This document shows positions 19,047-29,231 of a DNA stretch of 64,000 bases, piece by piece; the first letter of the stretch is position 1, and the number at the start of each line of letters is the position of its first letter. The DNA is from Escherichia phage phT4A. The stretch lies in sequence record NC_055712.1. One strand, written 5' to 3'. A program made the position numbers and the translations under genes. The notes under the pieces are model-generated. The model did not search any database. It saw nothing but the letters and a program-made list of their open reading frames with translations, and was not told the origin of the DNA.

Positions 19047-19337
19047 ATGAACTTCATCGATATCAACAAAGATTTGGAAGGTAAAAACATCAAACTCGTT
19101 AACCGTGAAATGTTAGAGAGTCTTGGTAACGGTGGCGAAAAATTCAGTGAAGAATTCTATAACAATTTATCGTTGATGACGGTCAAGCGCGTTGATGTTC
19201 AGGGTGGTTCTGGTTGGGTTTCTGCAATTCCGGTTTCCCTTGTAGATCAAGCAACATATGACCCAGTTGCGGATTCATGGGATCTGGAAATGCCGTTGGT
19301 ATTCGAAGAAGTCATGAAGTGTTACGAAATCGCATAA
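19047..19337 (+). CDS. hypothetical protein
   Basis: ORF; start at MNFIDINKD with AAGGAA SD. Confidence 0.4.
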   Translation: MNFIDINKDLEGKNIKLVNREMLESLGNGGEKFSEEFYNNLSLMTVKRVDVQGGSGWVSAIPVSLVDQATYDPVADSWDLEMPLVFEEVMKCYEIA

Positions 19338-19347
19338 GGGTATTATT

Positions 19348-19659
19348 ATGAATAGCGGAAAATTACAAATGAAAGTTAGCGAAGAAGAAGTTAAAGAGCG
19401 GTTATCGGTAGCAAGAAGATTCCTTGAATCTATCGACCCTGATAAACTTGGAAAATGCCCTGATACGATTTGCCTTAATTGTGGGCGTTCTGTTCTTGTT
19501 GGTAAGTGTTGCGATAATCCAAATATAGTTGTGATGGAAAAGGAACAAGTATCCCCCGAAACATGGGATCAGATCCAGGAAATCATTAAAAACCCTCCAG
19601 CGCCAACTAAGAAATTACGTGAATTGATGACAAGGAAAATGAAATATGAGCAAATTTAA
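19348..19659 (+). CDS. hypothetical protein with Cys cluster
   Basis: ORF; CPDTICLNCG...CC motif. Confidence 0.35.
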   Translation: MNSGKLQMKVSEEEVKERLSVARRFLESIDPDKLGKCPDTICLNCGRSVLVGKCCDNPNIVVMEKEQVSPETWDQIQEIIKNPPAPTKKLRELMTRKMKYEQI

Positions 19660-20023
19660 ATTGAGTGCAACCGTTCGCCTTATTCGTTGGAATGGTGAAG
19701 AGATCCGTTATGATGACCCCGAATTCGCCCATGAAATTCTTTCGCATCGTTTGGGATTGAAAAACGCGTCATTGGTTCAAACTGTTAAAACATCAGCAGA
19801 GCCGGAAATTTGGCGTTGTGTTATTCTGGATCTCGATAACAACATTGATTATGATGATCCTAAGAACTATCCTCTTCTGGAAGCACAAGTTGAGAATGCT
19901 CCAGAAGACAGACAGTGTTTTTTGGTTGAGTTACCACGCGAACATTACGAAAACATCATAAAGGCCCGTAAAAAGGTCAATAACAATGTTTTCGATCTCC
20001 ACCTCGGATTGTTTGAGGATTAA
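19646..20023 (+). CDS. hypothetical protein
   Basis: ORF only. Confidence 0.35.
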   Translation: MSKFKLSATVRLIRWNGEEIRYDDPEFAHEILSHRLGLKNASLVQTVKTSAEPEIWRCVILDLDNNIDYDDPKNYPLLEAQVENAPEDRQCFLVELPREHYENIIKARKKVNNNVFDLHLGLFED

Positions 20024-21129
20024 GTACTGCTAGTTGTGTTCGTAGTAGCGGCGCTGGTAGGTTCCCCCACCTGTATACATTCAAGTGTTTGCAGGTGGAA
20101 ATCTTTTGATACGTCTCGAACACATTCAACGATCAGATATTTTCCTGCATACTCTTCCCCAAATACCTCAATGATTGCCCCTACCTTAACATCTAAACGA
20201 CCCTGCTTTATATCGAATCGGATCCGGCGTTCATAGCTGGATAACAATTGCATTTTAGACGCCTGGAAAGGTTTACCTTCTGAATCTGGGTTCTGAAAGT
20301 TGGTATCATAGATTGCATTACGGTTTGTGAAGATCCATGTATTTTCTGTGTCTGTATCAGCCAGTATGTCACCGTACATCTTTTTATCAGTCAATGACAG
20401 ACTAAAGAAACTGGCATCTTTAAACAGCGTTGTGTTATCCTTATGGGTAATATACTGGGCTTCTGTGAATATGACAGTATCACCAACAAACACGTTATCA
20501 ACGTTAAATTTGTATGCTGGGATCGGTGTCTGGGCCAGAATGTCAGTTGAACTTTTAAGGAAAATACCGGAACCATCTTCCCACAGATAACAGAAGTCAG
20601 AAGAAACTACACTTTGCCCGTTGTCCCTGATATAATCAAATATATCCTGATATGTACCATTTAGACATCCAGGAGGGATACGTATGTTACCGCCGTCAAC
20701 TTCGGGGGTAAGTAGTTTCATTTTGCTATACAGTGCCGTCATACACTCTGTAATCGTCTGTACGGCGTTGTTACTAAATGAACGGGCAAACTTACGTCTG
20801 AACGTTTTATGCAGCGGAGAGAGGTTCATACGCAGCACAGAACGGTTCTTATCGTCAGTATCTACGTTAGAGTAAAGCAATCCGTAATAATGTTGTTCCT
20901 GTGTACCGTTATACTGGAAAGATACCTGTATGATCGGCTGGATAAGTTGCTGATAGATTAACTGTGCGTCGTATATCTGCATCAGCGTTTCCGATGAGCC
21001 GTTAATCATCGTCTTTTCACTAAACGAGACAAGAGCGGGTAGCAATTCAGTATATGCGTTATCAATGTATTTTTCGTATGATGTATATAATTTAATCGAT
21101 GTGACTCGATTGACGATTTTTTCAGCCAT
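20020..21129 (-). CDS. baseplate hub protein, gp27-like (tentative)
   Basis: 369 aa; AGGAGGG SD; size and weak motif resemblance to recalled T4 gp27; adjacent to hub cluster. Confidence 0.4.
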   Translation of the reverse strand: MAEKIVNRVTSIKLYTSYEKYIDNAYTELLPALVSFSEKTMINGSSETLMQIYDAQLIYQQLIQPIIQVSFQYNGTQEQHYYGLLYSNVDTDDKNRSVLRMNLSPLHKTFRRKFARSFSNNAVQTITECMTALYSKMKLLTPEVDGGNIRIPPGCLNGTYQDIFDYIRDNGQSVVSSDFCYLWEDGSGIFLKSSTDILAQTPIPAYKFNVDNVFVGDTVIFTEAQYITHKDNTTLFKDASFFSLSLTDKKMYGDILADTDTENTWIFTNRNAIYDTNFQNPDSEGKPFQASKMQLLSSYERRIRFDIKQGRLDVKVGAIIEVFGEEYAGKYLIVECVRDVSKDFHLQTLECIQVGEPTSAATTNTTSST

Positions 21130-21171
21130 AAAAATCCCTCCTAATATATCCTATTTACTAAATAGTAAATA

Positions 21172-21774
21172 ATGACCCAGGTTCAATTTGAGGCAATAAT
21201 GAAAAATAAAACTCTTGATAAATTTATGACTACACGGCTTGAAATCAAGAAGACTAACGTTAAAACCGTTCATCTTCCGGATGGAACAGCCATTGAGATC
21301 CCTAAGATGTCGTATCGTCATTTTGTAAAGATTAAGACTCTGAAAGATGACCCAGTTGCGATCATGCGATTCATCATTGATGACATCAAACCGCGTGAAC
21401 TAACAGCAGCGGAAATTGAATTTGTGTTGATCCATATGTATGCACACAATAACGCTGATTATGCCAATACGCTTAAAGAAATTGGGCTAAATCTTGATGA
21501 CCTCAAAATCTCCGAACCTTGCTATGATTTTACGTTTGACAATGTGCGGTTAGTCTTTGACAAACCCAGCCTGTTAAATGCTCACCTTCCGTTCCTCATC
21601 AAAGAGGCATATGTTGACGGTAAGCCAGTAGAATTAACTGAGGATAAACGAGACGAATTAATTAATTGCCTGTACCGATTCGAATATGATCAGGTATCGC
21701 GTGGTGTCCTCCAGGAAGTATACATTATTCATGAGGGGAAAACCATCAAAGGGCTTAACATCATTGGTGAATGA
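21172..21774 (+). CDS. baseplate hub component, gp28-like by position (tentative)
   Basis: 200-aa ORF immediately upstream of the gp29-like gene. Confidence 0.3.
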   Translation: MTQVQFEAIMKNKTLDKFMTTRLEIKKTNVKTVHLPDGTAIEIPKMSYRHFVKIKTLKDDPVAIMRFIIDDIKPRELTAAEIEFVLIHMYAHNNADYANTLKEIGLNLDDLKISEPCYDFTFDNVRLVFDKPSLLNAHLPFLIKEAYVDGKPVELTEDKRDELINCLYRFEYDQVSRGVLQEVYIIHEGKTIKGLNIIGE

Positions 21775-21955
21775 TAATGGCTAACTCTTATTTCAACGAA
21801 GAACAAAAGAAAAAGTTCTGAACAGAAACAGCAACAAACAACCAGCGGTCACCAAAGTAACAGCCTCCCTTGATGCTGAAAGCGCCCGTGACCTAAAGGA
21901 AATCAACGATAACACCCTTGAAAGTGCAATCAATACTCTTGATATCAAAGAAGGG

Positions 21956-23551
21956 TTGAAATCGTTCGAAGAAAAATTCCGTGACAAATTCGCGGGGTTC
22001 AAAGAACAATACGAAGAGGATAAAAAGGAATCATTAGCCGAACAACTACCTGATTTCGTCGGCCCGATCCGTCCTATATCCTTAACCGATGATAACTCAA
22101 AAACTGTTGACAATACAGTAAACGTTAACCAAAATGGTCAGTTCGGTAAACTGGAAGAAAACACCGAATCTATTTTTCATGCTATTAACAAACTTGTTGA
22201 TTTATATGAAAATACTGATAAGCATAAGCCGCTTCCTGAACCAGTGGAAGAACCTGATCCGTATGTAGACACTAAGAAAAAACGCATCAATGATGATGAT
22301 GACAAAAGAAGCAAAACTCTGGATAGTATTGCTAAAAGTCTGGTTTCTATTAAAGGTTTTACATCGCAGATCCTTAGCCGTTTCATTGGTTACTCTCTGG
22401 AAGCAATGGCAAAGTTTGCTAAATGGACGCTCCTTATTGGTTCGTTAATCTTTACATTCGATGTGTTGCGCGTCACAATACGCAAATGGTTCGAAGATAT
22501 CCTGAAAGAAGGGGAATCCTCAAAGAAACTATTTGGTACATATCTGGGTAACGTAAAGGCTATCGTAACAAAGATCGAAGAAGGTTTGAACAACTTCAAT
22601 ATGAACAACTTAGGCGAATCACTTCGTGATTTGTTCGTTGAGCCTATGAAGTTGTTGGGGCAAACTGTACAAACGGCAATCACTGAGGGTATCGGTCGTC
22701 TTATTCAATCATTGGGTGAATCAACTGGCATAGACAGCATTACCAATGCCGGACGCGGAATGCAGATCACCGCTTTACGTGATAAACAGAAATTTGGTCT
22801 TGAATTGACTAAAGAAGATATTCTTATGATCAAGAAACAGGAACTAGAAGACCAAAAAGCGGCATTAGAAAAAGAAGATAAAGCTATTGCAGCACGTCAT
22901 GCATTAACAATAACTCCTTCTCAAATTCCTAATGGTTCTATCTATAAAGTTGCTCCTACTGATTATCAAGAAAGAAATCAGAAAACCGTAGATGCTGATA
23001 AAGAACGGCTTGATAATATGAAGAAAGCAACGGAAGAAATGCAGAAACAATACGATTTAGCTAAAAGCAGCGAAGAGGAAGCACAAAAATTAGCCGATGA
23101 GGAAAACAAACGCAACCGCGCACGTATAGAAGAAGCAAAAAGGTTAGAACAAGCGAGGAAGGAAGGAAAACAGCCGCCAGAAGGTGAAGAGAAAAAGGGT
23201 GATGATCTGTTGGGTAAAGCAACCAACTATGCTAACTCTGAAAATCTGGATGCAGCCGATATCAAATACATTAACGATGAACTGTTGGATCAGCTTGAAA
23301 AACGTCGTAATGAAGGCAATCTGGACGATGTACAGAAGGATAGAATCTCTGACCTTATCGAGAAATTGCAAAACAAGATTGCAGCCCGTACAGAATCCAG
23401 CGCCCCGATCGACGCACAGCCACCGTTAGCAGCAAATAAACCGGATGCTGATAAAGCAAGCAACATTCAGGTTAACAACAAAACTGTTAACAACAACGTA
23501 ACTCATTCAGTACAACGCACAGAGCATAAACCGCTCGTAGCGCTGGCATAA
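21956..23551 (+). CDS. baseplate hub / tail length determinator, gp29-like
   Basis: Long ORF with Lys/Glu-rich coiled-coil segments; no in-frame ATG near the 5' end, first candidate start is TTG at 21956. Confidence 0.45.
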   Translation: MKSFEEKFRDKFAGFKEQYEEDKKESLAEQLPDFVGPIRPISLTDDNSKTVDNTVNVNQNGQFGKLEENTESIFHAINKLVDLYENTDKHKPLPEPVEEPDPYVDTKKKRINDDDDKRSKTLDSIAKSLVSIKGFTSQILSRFIGYSLEAMAKFAKWTLLIGSLIFTFDVLRVTIRKWFEDILKEGESSKKLFGTYLGNVKAIVTKIEEGLNNFNMNNLGESLRDLFVEPMKLLGQTVQTAITEGIGRLIQSLGESTGIDSITNAGRGMQITALRDKQKFGLELTKEDILMIKKQELEDQKAALEKEDKAIAARHALTITPSQIPNGSIYKVAPTDYQERNQKTVDADKERLDNMKKATEEMQKQYDLAKSSEEEAQKLADEENKRNRARIEEAKRLEQARKEGKQPPEGEEKKGDDLLGKATNYANSENLDAADIKYINDELLDQLEKRRNEGNLDDVQKDRISDLIEKLQNKIAARTESSAPIDAQPPLAANKPDADKASNIQVNNKTVNNNVTHSVQRTEHKPLVALA

Positions 23552-23561
23552 GGAACATATA

Positions 23562-24635
23562 ATGAAGTTTTCTATTATTGATGACAGTATAAACACTCTC
23601 AAAAATATTAAAAATCGCGGTATCCCCTCTGGGGGTGCCGCAATCACAGAATCAGTATTAAAGCAAACTATCGTTACCGCCGAATTTCCGGCCCAACGTG
23701 CAGCAGGTATCGATAACGCTTATAATGCTTCGAGTCTGTATAATAACGGCCTTCTGTTCACTGCATATGATTTTAATGGTGTTGGTAGTAAAGACAACTA
23801 TCGTTCATTACGTCAGGCAGCACAGAACCCAAAACAAATACTATCATCTGCGACGGGTAATGTTAAGTACAAACAAGTGTTGAATAGTTCTATTGGTACT
23901 ATGGAACCTGTTTGCCAGATCCTGCTACCGCGAAGCCTGAACGATAACGAAGTAAACAGCCACCGCTATCAAGATGCAAACGATAGTTTCTTAACCAAAG
24001 GGTTGAGCCGTGTTGTTTCAAACATGGTATGGGGCGCTGTAGAATCCGTTTCAGGCGGTATTATGGCAGACCGAAGAGAAGCCCTTGATGTTGGTACTAA
24101 AGCCGCTTTCCAGGGTTCTGACAAGCGAACAAAGATGTATTACAATACATTCGTGATTGAAAGCCGTAATGATTTGCTGGAACTGATTAAAATCTACTAT
24201 CTGTTTACTGTTCTGGGATATGGCACAACTTCTGGCGGTACTGCTAAAGAGGTTGCTGCATTGGTTAAACAGTATTACGGTGTTCTGGGTGCTAAAACCG
24301 CTAACGCAATTAGCCCTTCCAGTAACCCAGTAACAGCGTCAGATTTTGATAATAGTCTGGGTAATGACGTGGTTGATTTCATTTCAAACGTAGAGGTTAT
24401 TAAATCGCCTCCTGTCTGGTTTATTCGTGATTTCCAGTCTGGGGATTCCTTGCGTTTACCTCATTCAACCTTTGGGCCAGCAGGTATTACCAGTGTTCGC
24501 TTTGGTCGTTCTATTGATAATATTGTAAATACATTAAGAGAATCACCAAATACCCCGATCTCACTTGAGGTCGAAATTCAATTTATGGAACTGATCGATA
24601 TGCGTCAGGATTCTATTTTTGATACAAATTACTAA
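23562..24635 (+). CDS. 48: baseplate tail-tube junction protein, gp48-like
   Basis: 357-aa ORF with AAGGAA SD, directly upstream of the gp54-like gene as in T4. Confidence 0.5.
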   Translation: MKFSIIDDSINTLKNIKNRGIPSGGAAITESVLKQTIVTAEFPAQRAAGIDNAYNASSLYNNGLLFTAYDFNGVGSKDNYRSLRQAAQNPKQILSSATGNVKYKQVLNSSIGTMEPVCQILLPRSLNDNEVNSHRYQDANDSFLTKGLSRVVSNMVWGAVESVSGGIMADRREALDVGTKAAFQGSDKRTKMYYNTFVIESRNDLLELIKIYYLFTVLGYGTTSGGTAKEVAALVKQYYGVLGAKTANAISPSSNPVTASDFDNSLGNDVVDFISNVEVIKSPPVWFIRDFQSGDSLRLPHSTFGPAGITSVRFGRSIDNIVNTLRESPNTPISLEVEIQFMELIDMRQDSIFDTNY

Positions 24636-24641
24636 GGAGAT

Positions 24642-25508
24642 ATGATGTTTTACAACGTAGATGAATTTTTATCAGGTATGGCTAATCGCGATTTTCAGCG
24701 TAGCAACCTGTTTAGCGTTGTATTTGCAACCAGCCCTGCATCACGTATCCTTGACAACACGATCGGTAGTATTCGAGATACTTTGATTGATGGATCTATT
24801 AGTTCTATCAACGCGAACAACCCGAACGAATTCATTAATGCTATCACTGGCGGTGTGAGTAAATTGTTTAGTTACACCGTTGATAAGGCGATTATGTCGC
24901 TGAACAAAACAGGATTTAGCAAAATCATCGGGGCAATTAGCCCCCGTTTGATTACTTCCCTGTTTGGTGATAGCATGTATGGACAACTGCTATCTGAATT
25001 CCGTGATGAAATGATGTATAATATGGGTTTAAGCATTATGGGAGTTAACCTCCCTGGTAAATCCATTGGGTACGAATACGTTTATAATGGTGGCGTACCT
25101 CAAATCAGATTCACTCGCCCTGAGAATGGGGAATTGTCATTGACGTTCCGCACCGATTCAGAAGCCCGTAACCTGAAAATCTTTAACGAATGGATTTCCG
25201 CTATTCGCGATGATGTAACAGGACAATACGCCTTCATTGATGAAGTGACAAGTACTATTCAGGTTAACTTACACGATCGTGATGGTTCACCGCATACAAC
25301 ATACGTATTTCAGAAGTGCTTGCCCGTCAAAATCAGTAACAGTGAATTGAGCTATGAGAACAACAACGAAATCTGGACATTTACTGTTGATTTTGCCTAT
25401 AAAACATCATGGGTTGTCGAGGCTGATAAAGAAGGCTGGGAAGGGTTCAAACAATCCGTAGAGGAAGGTTTAGCCATTGCAGCACGTACCGCAATTACAG
25501 GACAATAA
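24642..25508 (+). CDS. 54: baseplate tail-tube initiator, gp54-like
   Basis: N-terminal ANRDFQRSNLFSVVFATSP resembles the recalled gp54/gp48/gp19-family FQR.N.FS.VFAT motif; AAGGAG SD. Confidence 0.55.
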   Translation: MMFYNVDEFLSGMANRDFQRSNLFSVVFATSPASRILDNTIGSIRDTLIDGSISSINANNPNEFINAITGGVSKLFSYTVDKAIMSLNKTGFSKIIGAISPRLITSLFGDSMYGQLLSEFRDEMMYNMGLSIMGVNLPGKSIGYEYVYNGGVPQIRFTRPENGELSLTFRTDSEARNLKIFNEWISAIRDDVTGQYAFIDEVTSTIQVNLHDRDGSPHTTYVFQKCLPVKISNSELSYENNNEIWTFTVDFAYKTSWVVEADKEGWEGFKQSVEEGLAIAARTAITGQ

Positions 25509-25536
25509 AGGGGCTACGGCCCCTTTTGAGGATCTT

Positions 25537-26280
25537 ATGTTTGATATTATTCGAGTAACATTACCATCAGGGATCAAACGATTCCCTATGTTTACAGTTA
25601 AAGACCAGTTTAAATTAATGCTGACCCGTATTGATATGGAAGGTCGGCCCCTTAAAGAGCAACAGGAAATACTGGATGAAGTGTTGGATCTGCTTTACCC
25701 TGGGTATTCCAAAACAGAACAGGAATACATTTTCAGCCGGGTGTATTGTGGTTCGTTCGGTAAAAACGTTATCAAGGTTGTGATAGGTGGTAAAGGTGGG
25801 GGCCACTCCGAAGCCTTCATGGTGATTAATGATATTCAACTGGAAAATGAATACAAGCTGAATGATGAAATCACATTAGGGTTTAACTTCCCCCGTACAC
25901 GCAATACAAGCGAAGAGTTGTTTCTTGAATGTATTAGTTATGTAATATACAACGAACAGCGCTATGAATGGACATCACTAACCGAAGAAACGAAAGAAAA
26001 TATTCTTGATATCGTCGAACTTGATGATGTCGAAAAAATCGTTACTATGCTAACGAAATCGGTTGATGTGTCTATGCGCGGTAAATCATTTAGTGGTATG
26101 TTAACCCTGTTCAAGATCCTGTTTAGTCGTGGGGATCTGGATGAATTTGTGAAGACCAACTATCTGCTAAATAAAAACGGCCTGAACCTGGAACCTATCA
26201 TGAATAGTAGCCCGATGGAAAGGCAAATTTATACTGCATTGCTTGCAGAAGACTTGAAAAAACAAGGTGCTGTTAAATGA
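25537..26280 (+). CDS. baseplate hub assembly protein, gp51-like by position (tentative)
   Basis: ORF; start set at MFDIIRV after a GGGGCTACGGCCCC hairpin and GAGGA SD. Confidence 0.3.
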   Translation: MFDIIRVTLPSGIKRFPMFTVKDQFKLMLTRIDMEGRPLKEQQEILDEVLDLLYPGYSKTEQEYIFSRVYCGSFGKNVIKVVIGGKGGGHSEAFMVINDIQLENEYKLNDEITLGFNFPRTRNTSEELFLECISYVIYNEQRYEWTSLTEETKENILDIVELDDVEKIVTMLTKSVDVSMRGKSFSGMLTLFKILFSRGDLDEFVKTNYLLNKNGLNLEPIMNSSPMERQIYTALLAEDLKKQGAVK

Positions 26281-26831
26281 GAAAGCATGAATATAAACAC
26301 GTTGAGAAATATAATGTTGATTATCGTCCTCTGACACATACAGAGTTTACCCCCGACGCAGATTTTATCAAAGGGGATGTTTACCTGTATCAAAGAGAAT
26401 ATCTTTTCATTCTGGCACTTCTGGAAAGTAAAAATATTGATACCCGTCAACTGTTCATCAACTGTGAAGAATGTCAGGAAAGAATTGAATTCCAGCTTAA
26501 ACGCAATCAAATAATGGTTGAAGATTTCGACGATAAGCTATACGGCAATGACGGGATCGCGTTATCTGTTCACCCTCGTAAGACTGGTGATGAAGAAATC
26601 CCCGATCTTATCGATTACGTAATGATAGACGGCGAACAGATCATGTGGAGTGATTGCAGCGACAAAGATAAAGAAATGGTGTTGGATGCAATCGACTATG
26701 CAACCTATAAATCGATTTCTACCGCCCTGGATAAGCCAGCAGTGGTCGCAAACATTCCGGTAAGGTGTTCGTGTGGACATAGCCATATCGTCTCTCTGAG
26801 AGGCTTACAGCAATTTTTAAAGGTGGTCTAA
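26277..26831 (+). CDS. baseplate hub subunit, gp26-like by position (tentative)
   Basis: 184-aa ORF with ATGA overlap, directly upstream of gp25. Confidence 0.3.
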   Translation: MRKHEYKHVEKYNVDYRPLTHTEFTPDADFIKGDVYLYQREYLFILALLESKNIDTRQLFINCEECQERIEFQLKRNQIMVEDFDDKLYGNDGIALSVHPRKTGDEEIPDLIDYVMIDGEQIMWSDCSDKDKEMVLDAIDYATYKSISTALDKPAVVANIPVRCSCGHSHIVSLRGLQQFLKVV

Positions 26832-27224
26832 ATGGGTGTAAATCTGAGGTTGCTATATAGCGATATAGAACCTAACATGCAACGAGATTGGAATAATGAC
26901 GTAGCGGCCTCAAAAGGGGCCGCAGCAGTAAGAAATAGTTTGATTGGTATCGTAACCACGATCAAGGGTACACGTCCATTTGATAGTAACTTTGGTTGTG
27001 CAATTAGTGATATGCTGTTTGAGAACATGAACCCTCTGACAGCGGAATCAATTAGAACTTCTATCGTATCTGCGATCCGGACATATGAGCCTAGAGTATA
27101 TAATCTTTCTGTTGAAGTCATTCCACAGTATGATGATAACTCAGTAACAGTAACTATCTATTACAGCATCATTGATGACCCGGATGACGTAGAGCAAATC
27201 AAACTACAGCTTTCCGCATCATAA
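26832..27224 (+). CDS. 25: baseplate wedge subunit gp25
   Basis: Strong match to recalled T4 gp25: LYSDIEP, DWN.DV, GTRPFD..FGC..SD.LFENM.PLTA, YEPR, IPQYDDN, DDPDDVEQIKLQL. Confidence 0.85.
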   Translation: MGVNLRLLYSDIEPNMQRDWNNDVAASKGAAAVRNSLIGIVTTIKGTRPFDSNFGCAISDMLFENMNPLTAESIRTSIVSAIRTYEPRVYNLSVEVIPQYDDNSVTVTIYYSIIDDPDDVEQIKLQLSAS

Positions 27225-27225
27225 C

Positions 27226-27260
27226 AAAAAGCCCCTTCCTTTCGGTTGGGGCTTTCTTTT
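27226..27260. terminator. bidirectional rho-independent terminator
   Basis: GCCCC-ttcctttcggtt-GGGGC hairpin flanked by A-run and T-run, between convergent genes. Confidence 0.6.
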
Positions 27261-27714
27261 AGAATTCAATGAATCCCATTAGTGTTTGATATCGCAATTC
27301 AAACGGGGAGATATAACTTTGCATCTGGTTTTGATCGGATACGATGTAATAATACACCTCATCATTATCATCGTATAGTGCTTCTTTGATGATGCAATAT
27401 CGATCGGTTTCCACGTTCACATAAAGAGTATCCATGTACTTTGTAACTTTGGAACCCTGTGAACTGATTTCACGAATAGCGTTATCTATGAAAAGCGACA
27501 ATGCTTGCATGAAGTTATCAAACTCACCATATTCACAGCCCATAATAGAAATTGCAGTGTATTGGTGCCAGCCTTTGATTGTGTCTCCACGGCGGATCCA
27601 TCCAATTTGTCTACCCCCGATAGATACACACCACACTTTACCAACGGGACTATAGAACCGCACAACTTCTTTTAATAACAGGGACATGATCCCACATTTT
27701 GTATAAGGATTCAT
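27259..27714 (-). CDS. hypothetical protein
   Basis: ORF only. Confidence 0.4.
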   Translation of the reverse strand: MNPYTKCGIMSLLLKEVVRFYSPVGKVWCVSIGGRQIGWIRRGDTIKGWHQYTAISIMGCEYGEFDNFMQALSLFIDNAIREISSQGSKVTKYMDTLYVNVETDRYCIIKEALYDDNDEVYYYIVSDQNQMQSYISPFELRYQTLMGFIEF

Positions 27715-27721
27715 TTCAACC

Positions 27722-27973
27722 TCATTTCATATCAAGTAGCCAGGAAGGGCTAGTTTCAAGCGAAATTGCAGTATATTCGTATTTTACAGTATAACCTTTG
27801 AAACCGAAAGGAATGACTGCATTTTCATTGAGATATTTTACTTTATGCTTTGCTTCTTCTTCATTCAGAGCAGCACAGACTGTTGTTTGTTCAACGTTAC
27901 CAGCAGGAGAAGTAAATTTTTCAATGATAATGTATACGCAGTTCATCCTATTGCCCTCTTTCCATTTTTTCAA
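27722..27973 (-). CDS. hypothetical protein
   Basis: ORF only. Confidence 0.35.
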   Translation of the reverse strand: MKKWKEGNRMNCVYIIIEKFTSPAGNVEQTTVCAALNEEEAKHKVKYLNENAVIPFGFKGYTVKYEYTAISLETSPSWLLDMK

Positions 27974-28232
27974 GTTTCAGTGTATCCACTTGTAGTTGAA
28001 GTTTAAGAATACAACCTTTCGATATGTTATACAAGTAGTCACTAACGATTTTTGACTTTACCTGATCGTAATCAGAAGATAACGTAATCCAATCATACAT
28101 CGTTTGGTATGATGGAAGATACGTACATTGTTCTTCTTTTGATAACGCTTTAAATGATTGGTAATCGGTTGGAGGTTCCGAAGCAATTGCGGTTGTGGTC
28201 ATAAGACTAAGTGCAAGTAGTAGATATTTCAT
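27948..28232 (-). CDS. hypothetical secreted protein
   Basis: Start set at MKYLLLALSLMTTTAIA (signal-peptide-like); GAGGAA SD. Confidence 0.4.
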   Translation of the reverse strand: MKYLLLALSLMTTTAIASEPPTDYQSFKALSKEEQCTYLPSYQTMYDWITLSSDYDQVKSKIVSDYLYNISKGCILKLQLQVDTLKLEKMERGQ

Positions 28233-28262
28233 AATGTATTCCTCATTGTTTTCGATAGAACC

Positions 28263-28300
28263 AATATAGCAAAAAGCCCCGACCGAAGTCAAGGGCTTTT
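28263..28300 (-). promoter_or_regulatory. stem-loop + sigma70 promoter cassette (PeSL-like)
   Basis: On minus strand: hairpin GCCC..GGGGC containing TTGACT, ~18-nt spacer, TATATT. Confidence 0.5.
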
Positions 28301-28303
28301 TCA

Positions 28304-28588
28304 TCAATGCAAGAAAGATTTCACGTACTGTTCGATCTTTTCACGACATGTATCAACTGAGGTGCTTTCCGCAATTACGGCATGACATAACGCCTCGCCT
28401 CCGACCCAGAAACTCATCATGTACTGAATATCACGACCTTCCATTTCTTTTTGATGCGCTTTGATTCGATCGAAAGCGTTTTCGATTGTTTCAGTAGCAG
28501 TAAGCATTTCGGATTCCCCGTCAACCTCCGCCAGTTCCCCATCGATCATTTCGCTTTCGACTTCTTCCCAGTATACTATCGTTATCAT
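28304..28588 (-). CDS. hypothetical acidic protein
   Basis: ORF only. Confidence 0.35.
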   Translation of the reverse strand: MITIVYWEEVESEMIDGELAEVDGESEMLTATETIENAFDRIKAHQKEMEGRDIQYMMSFWVGGEALCHAVIAESTSVDTCREKIEQYVKSFLH

Positions 28589-28603
28589 GCATTACCCCAG
28601 TGG

Positions 28604-29074
28604 TTAACCGTCGTAATCCCCGCCACAATTCACATCGCCTTCAATGAACAGTTCGCGGTTATCACGTAATAAATTATACTTTCTTTCGAGTTCAGGCCCG
28701 AACGCGTCGGCGTCTTCATACCAGCTATAATTGTATCTTCCGCATTCATCATCATATTCTGGTTCATCACCGCGCTCGTTGAAGTGAACAATTTTAATAT
28801 CGTCCATCCCCAGTTCTTTCAGCTTATCCCAGATATACGAAATCTCAACGCTATGGGAACCGAACGCTTCCAGTGAGATCGTACCGTCGCTATCGACTTG
28901 AGGAACACCCCACTTCGAACGAGTATCATCGGTGATCATATCTATTAATGACTCAATATTATTCTCACCGTAGATATCAGCAACTTCCTTTTCTTTACCA
29001 GGGCGAACAAGTCCGATCCCGATAATAAAGCTACTGCTTGAGCTATTGCTCACAAACCCAGAACGAATTTTCAT
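28604..29074 (-). CDS. hypothetical protein, MKIRSGFVSNSSSSSF-family paralog A
   Basis: N-terminal 17 aa identical to ORF 32457-32972; about 50 nt at the 5' end about 88% identical at nucleotide level. Confidence 0.5.
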   Translation of the reverse strand: MKIRSGFVSNSSSSSFIIGIGLVRPGKEKEVADIYGENNIESLIDMITDDTRSKWGVPQVDSDGTISLEAFGSHSVEISYIWDKLKELGMDDIKIVHFNERGDEPEYDDECGRYNYSWYEDADAFGPELERKYNLLRDNRELFIEGDVNCGGDYDG

Positions 29075-29231
29075 CGCATCACCATATTACCAATCATGAA
29101 TAGAGGGATTAGCGCGAAGACGATACCCCATAGAATGACCTTATCTTCACGACGGTCACACCCATAATAGATAACACCTCCAGCGAAAATCAATACAACA
29201 ACTGAAACGAACGCGAATAAATAAATCATTT
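29075..29231 (-). CDS. small hydrophobic protein (52 aa)
   Basis: Short ORF MIYLFAFVSVVVLIFAGG...WGIVFALIPLFMIG with two predicted TM segments; below the ORF-track cutoff. Confidence 0.3.

Noticed and set aside
21777-21860. Programmed -1 frameshift from a short ORF (ATG at 21777) into the gp29-like frame at a GAAAAAG site
   Set aside because: The heptamer is not a canonical X-XXY-YYZ slippery site in frame, and the target frame has a TGA at 21818-21820 downstream of it.
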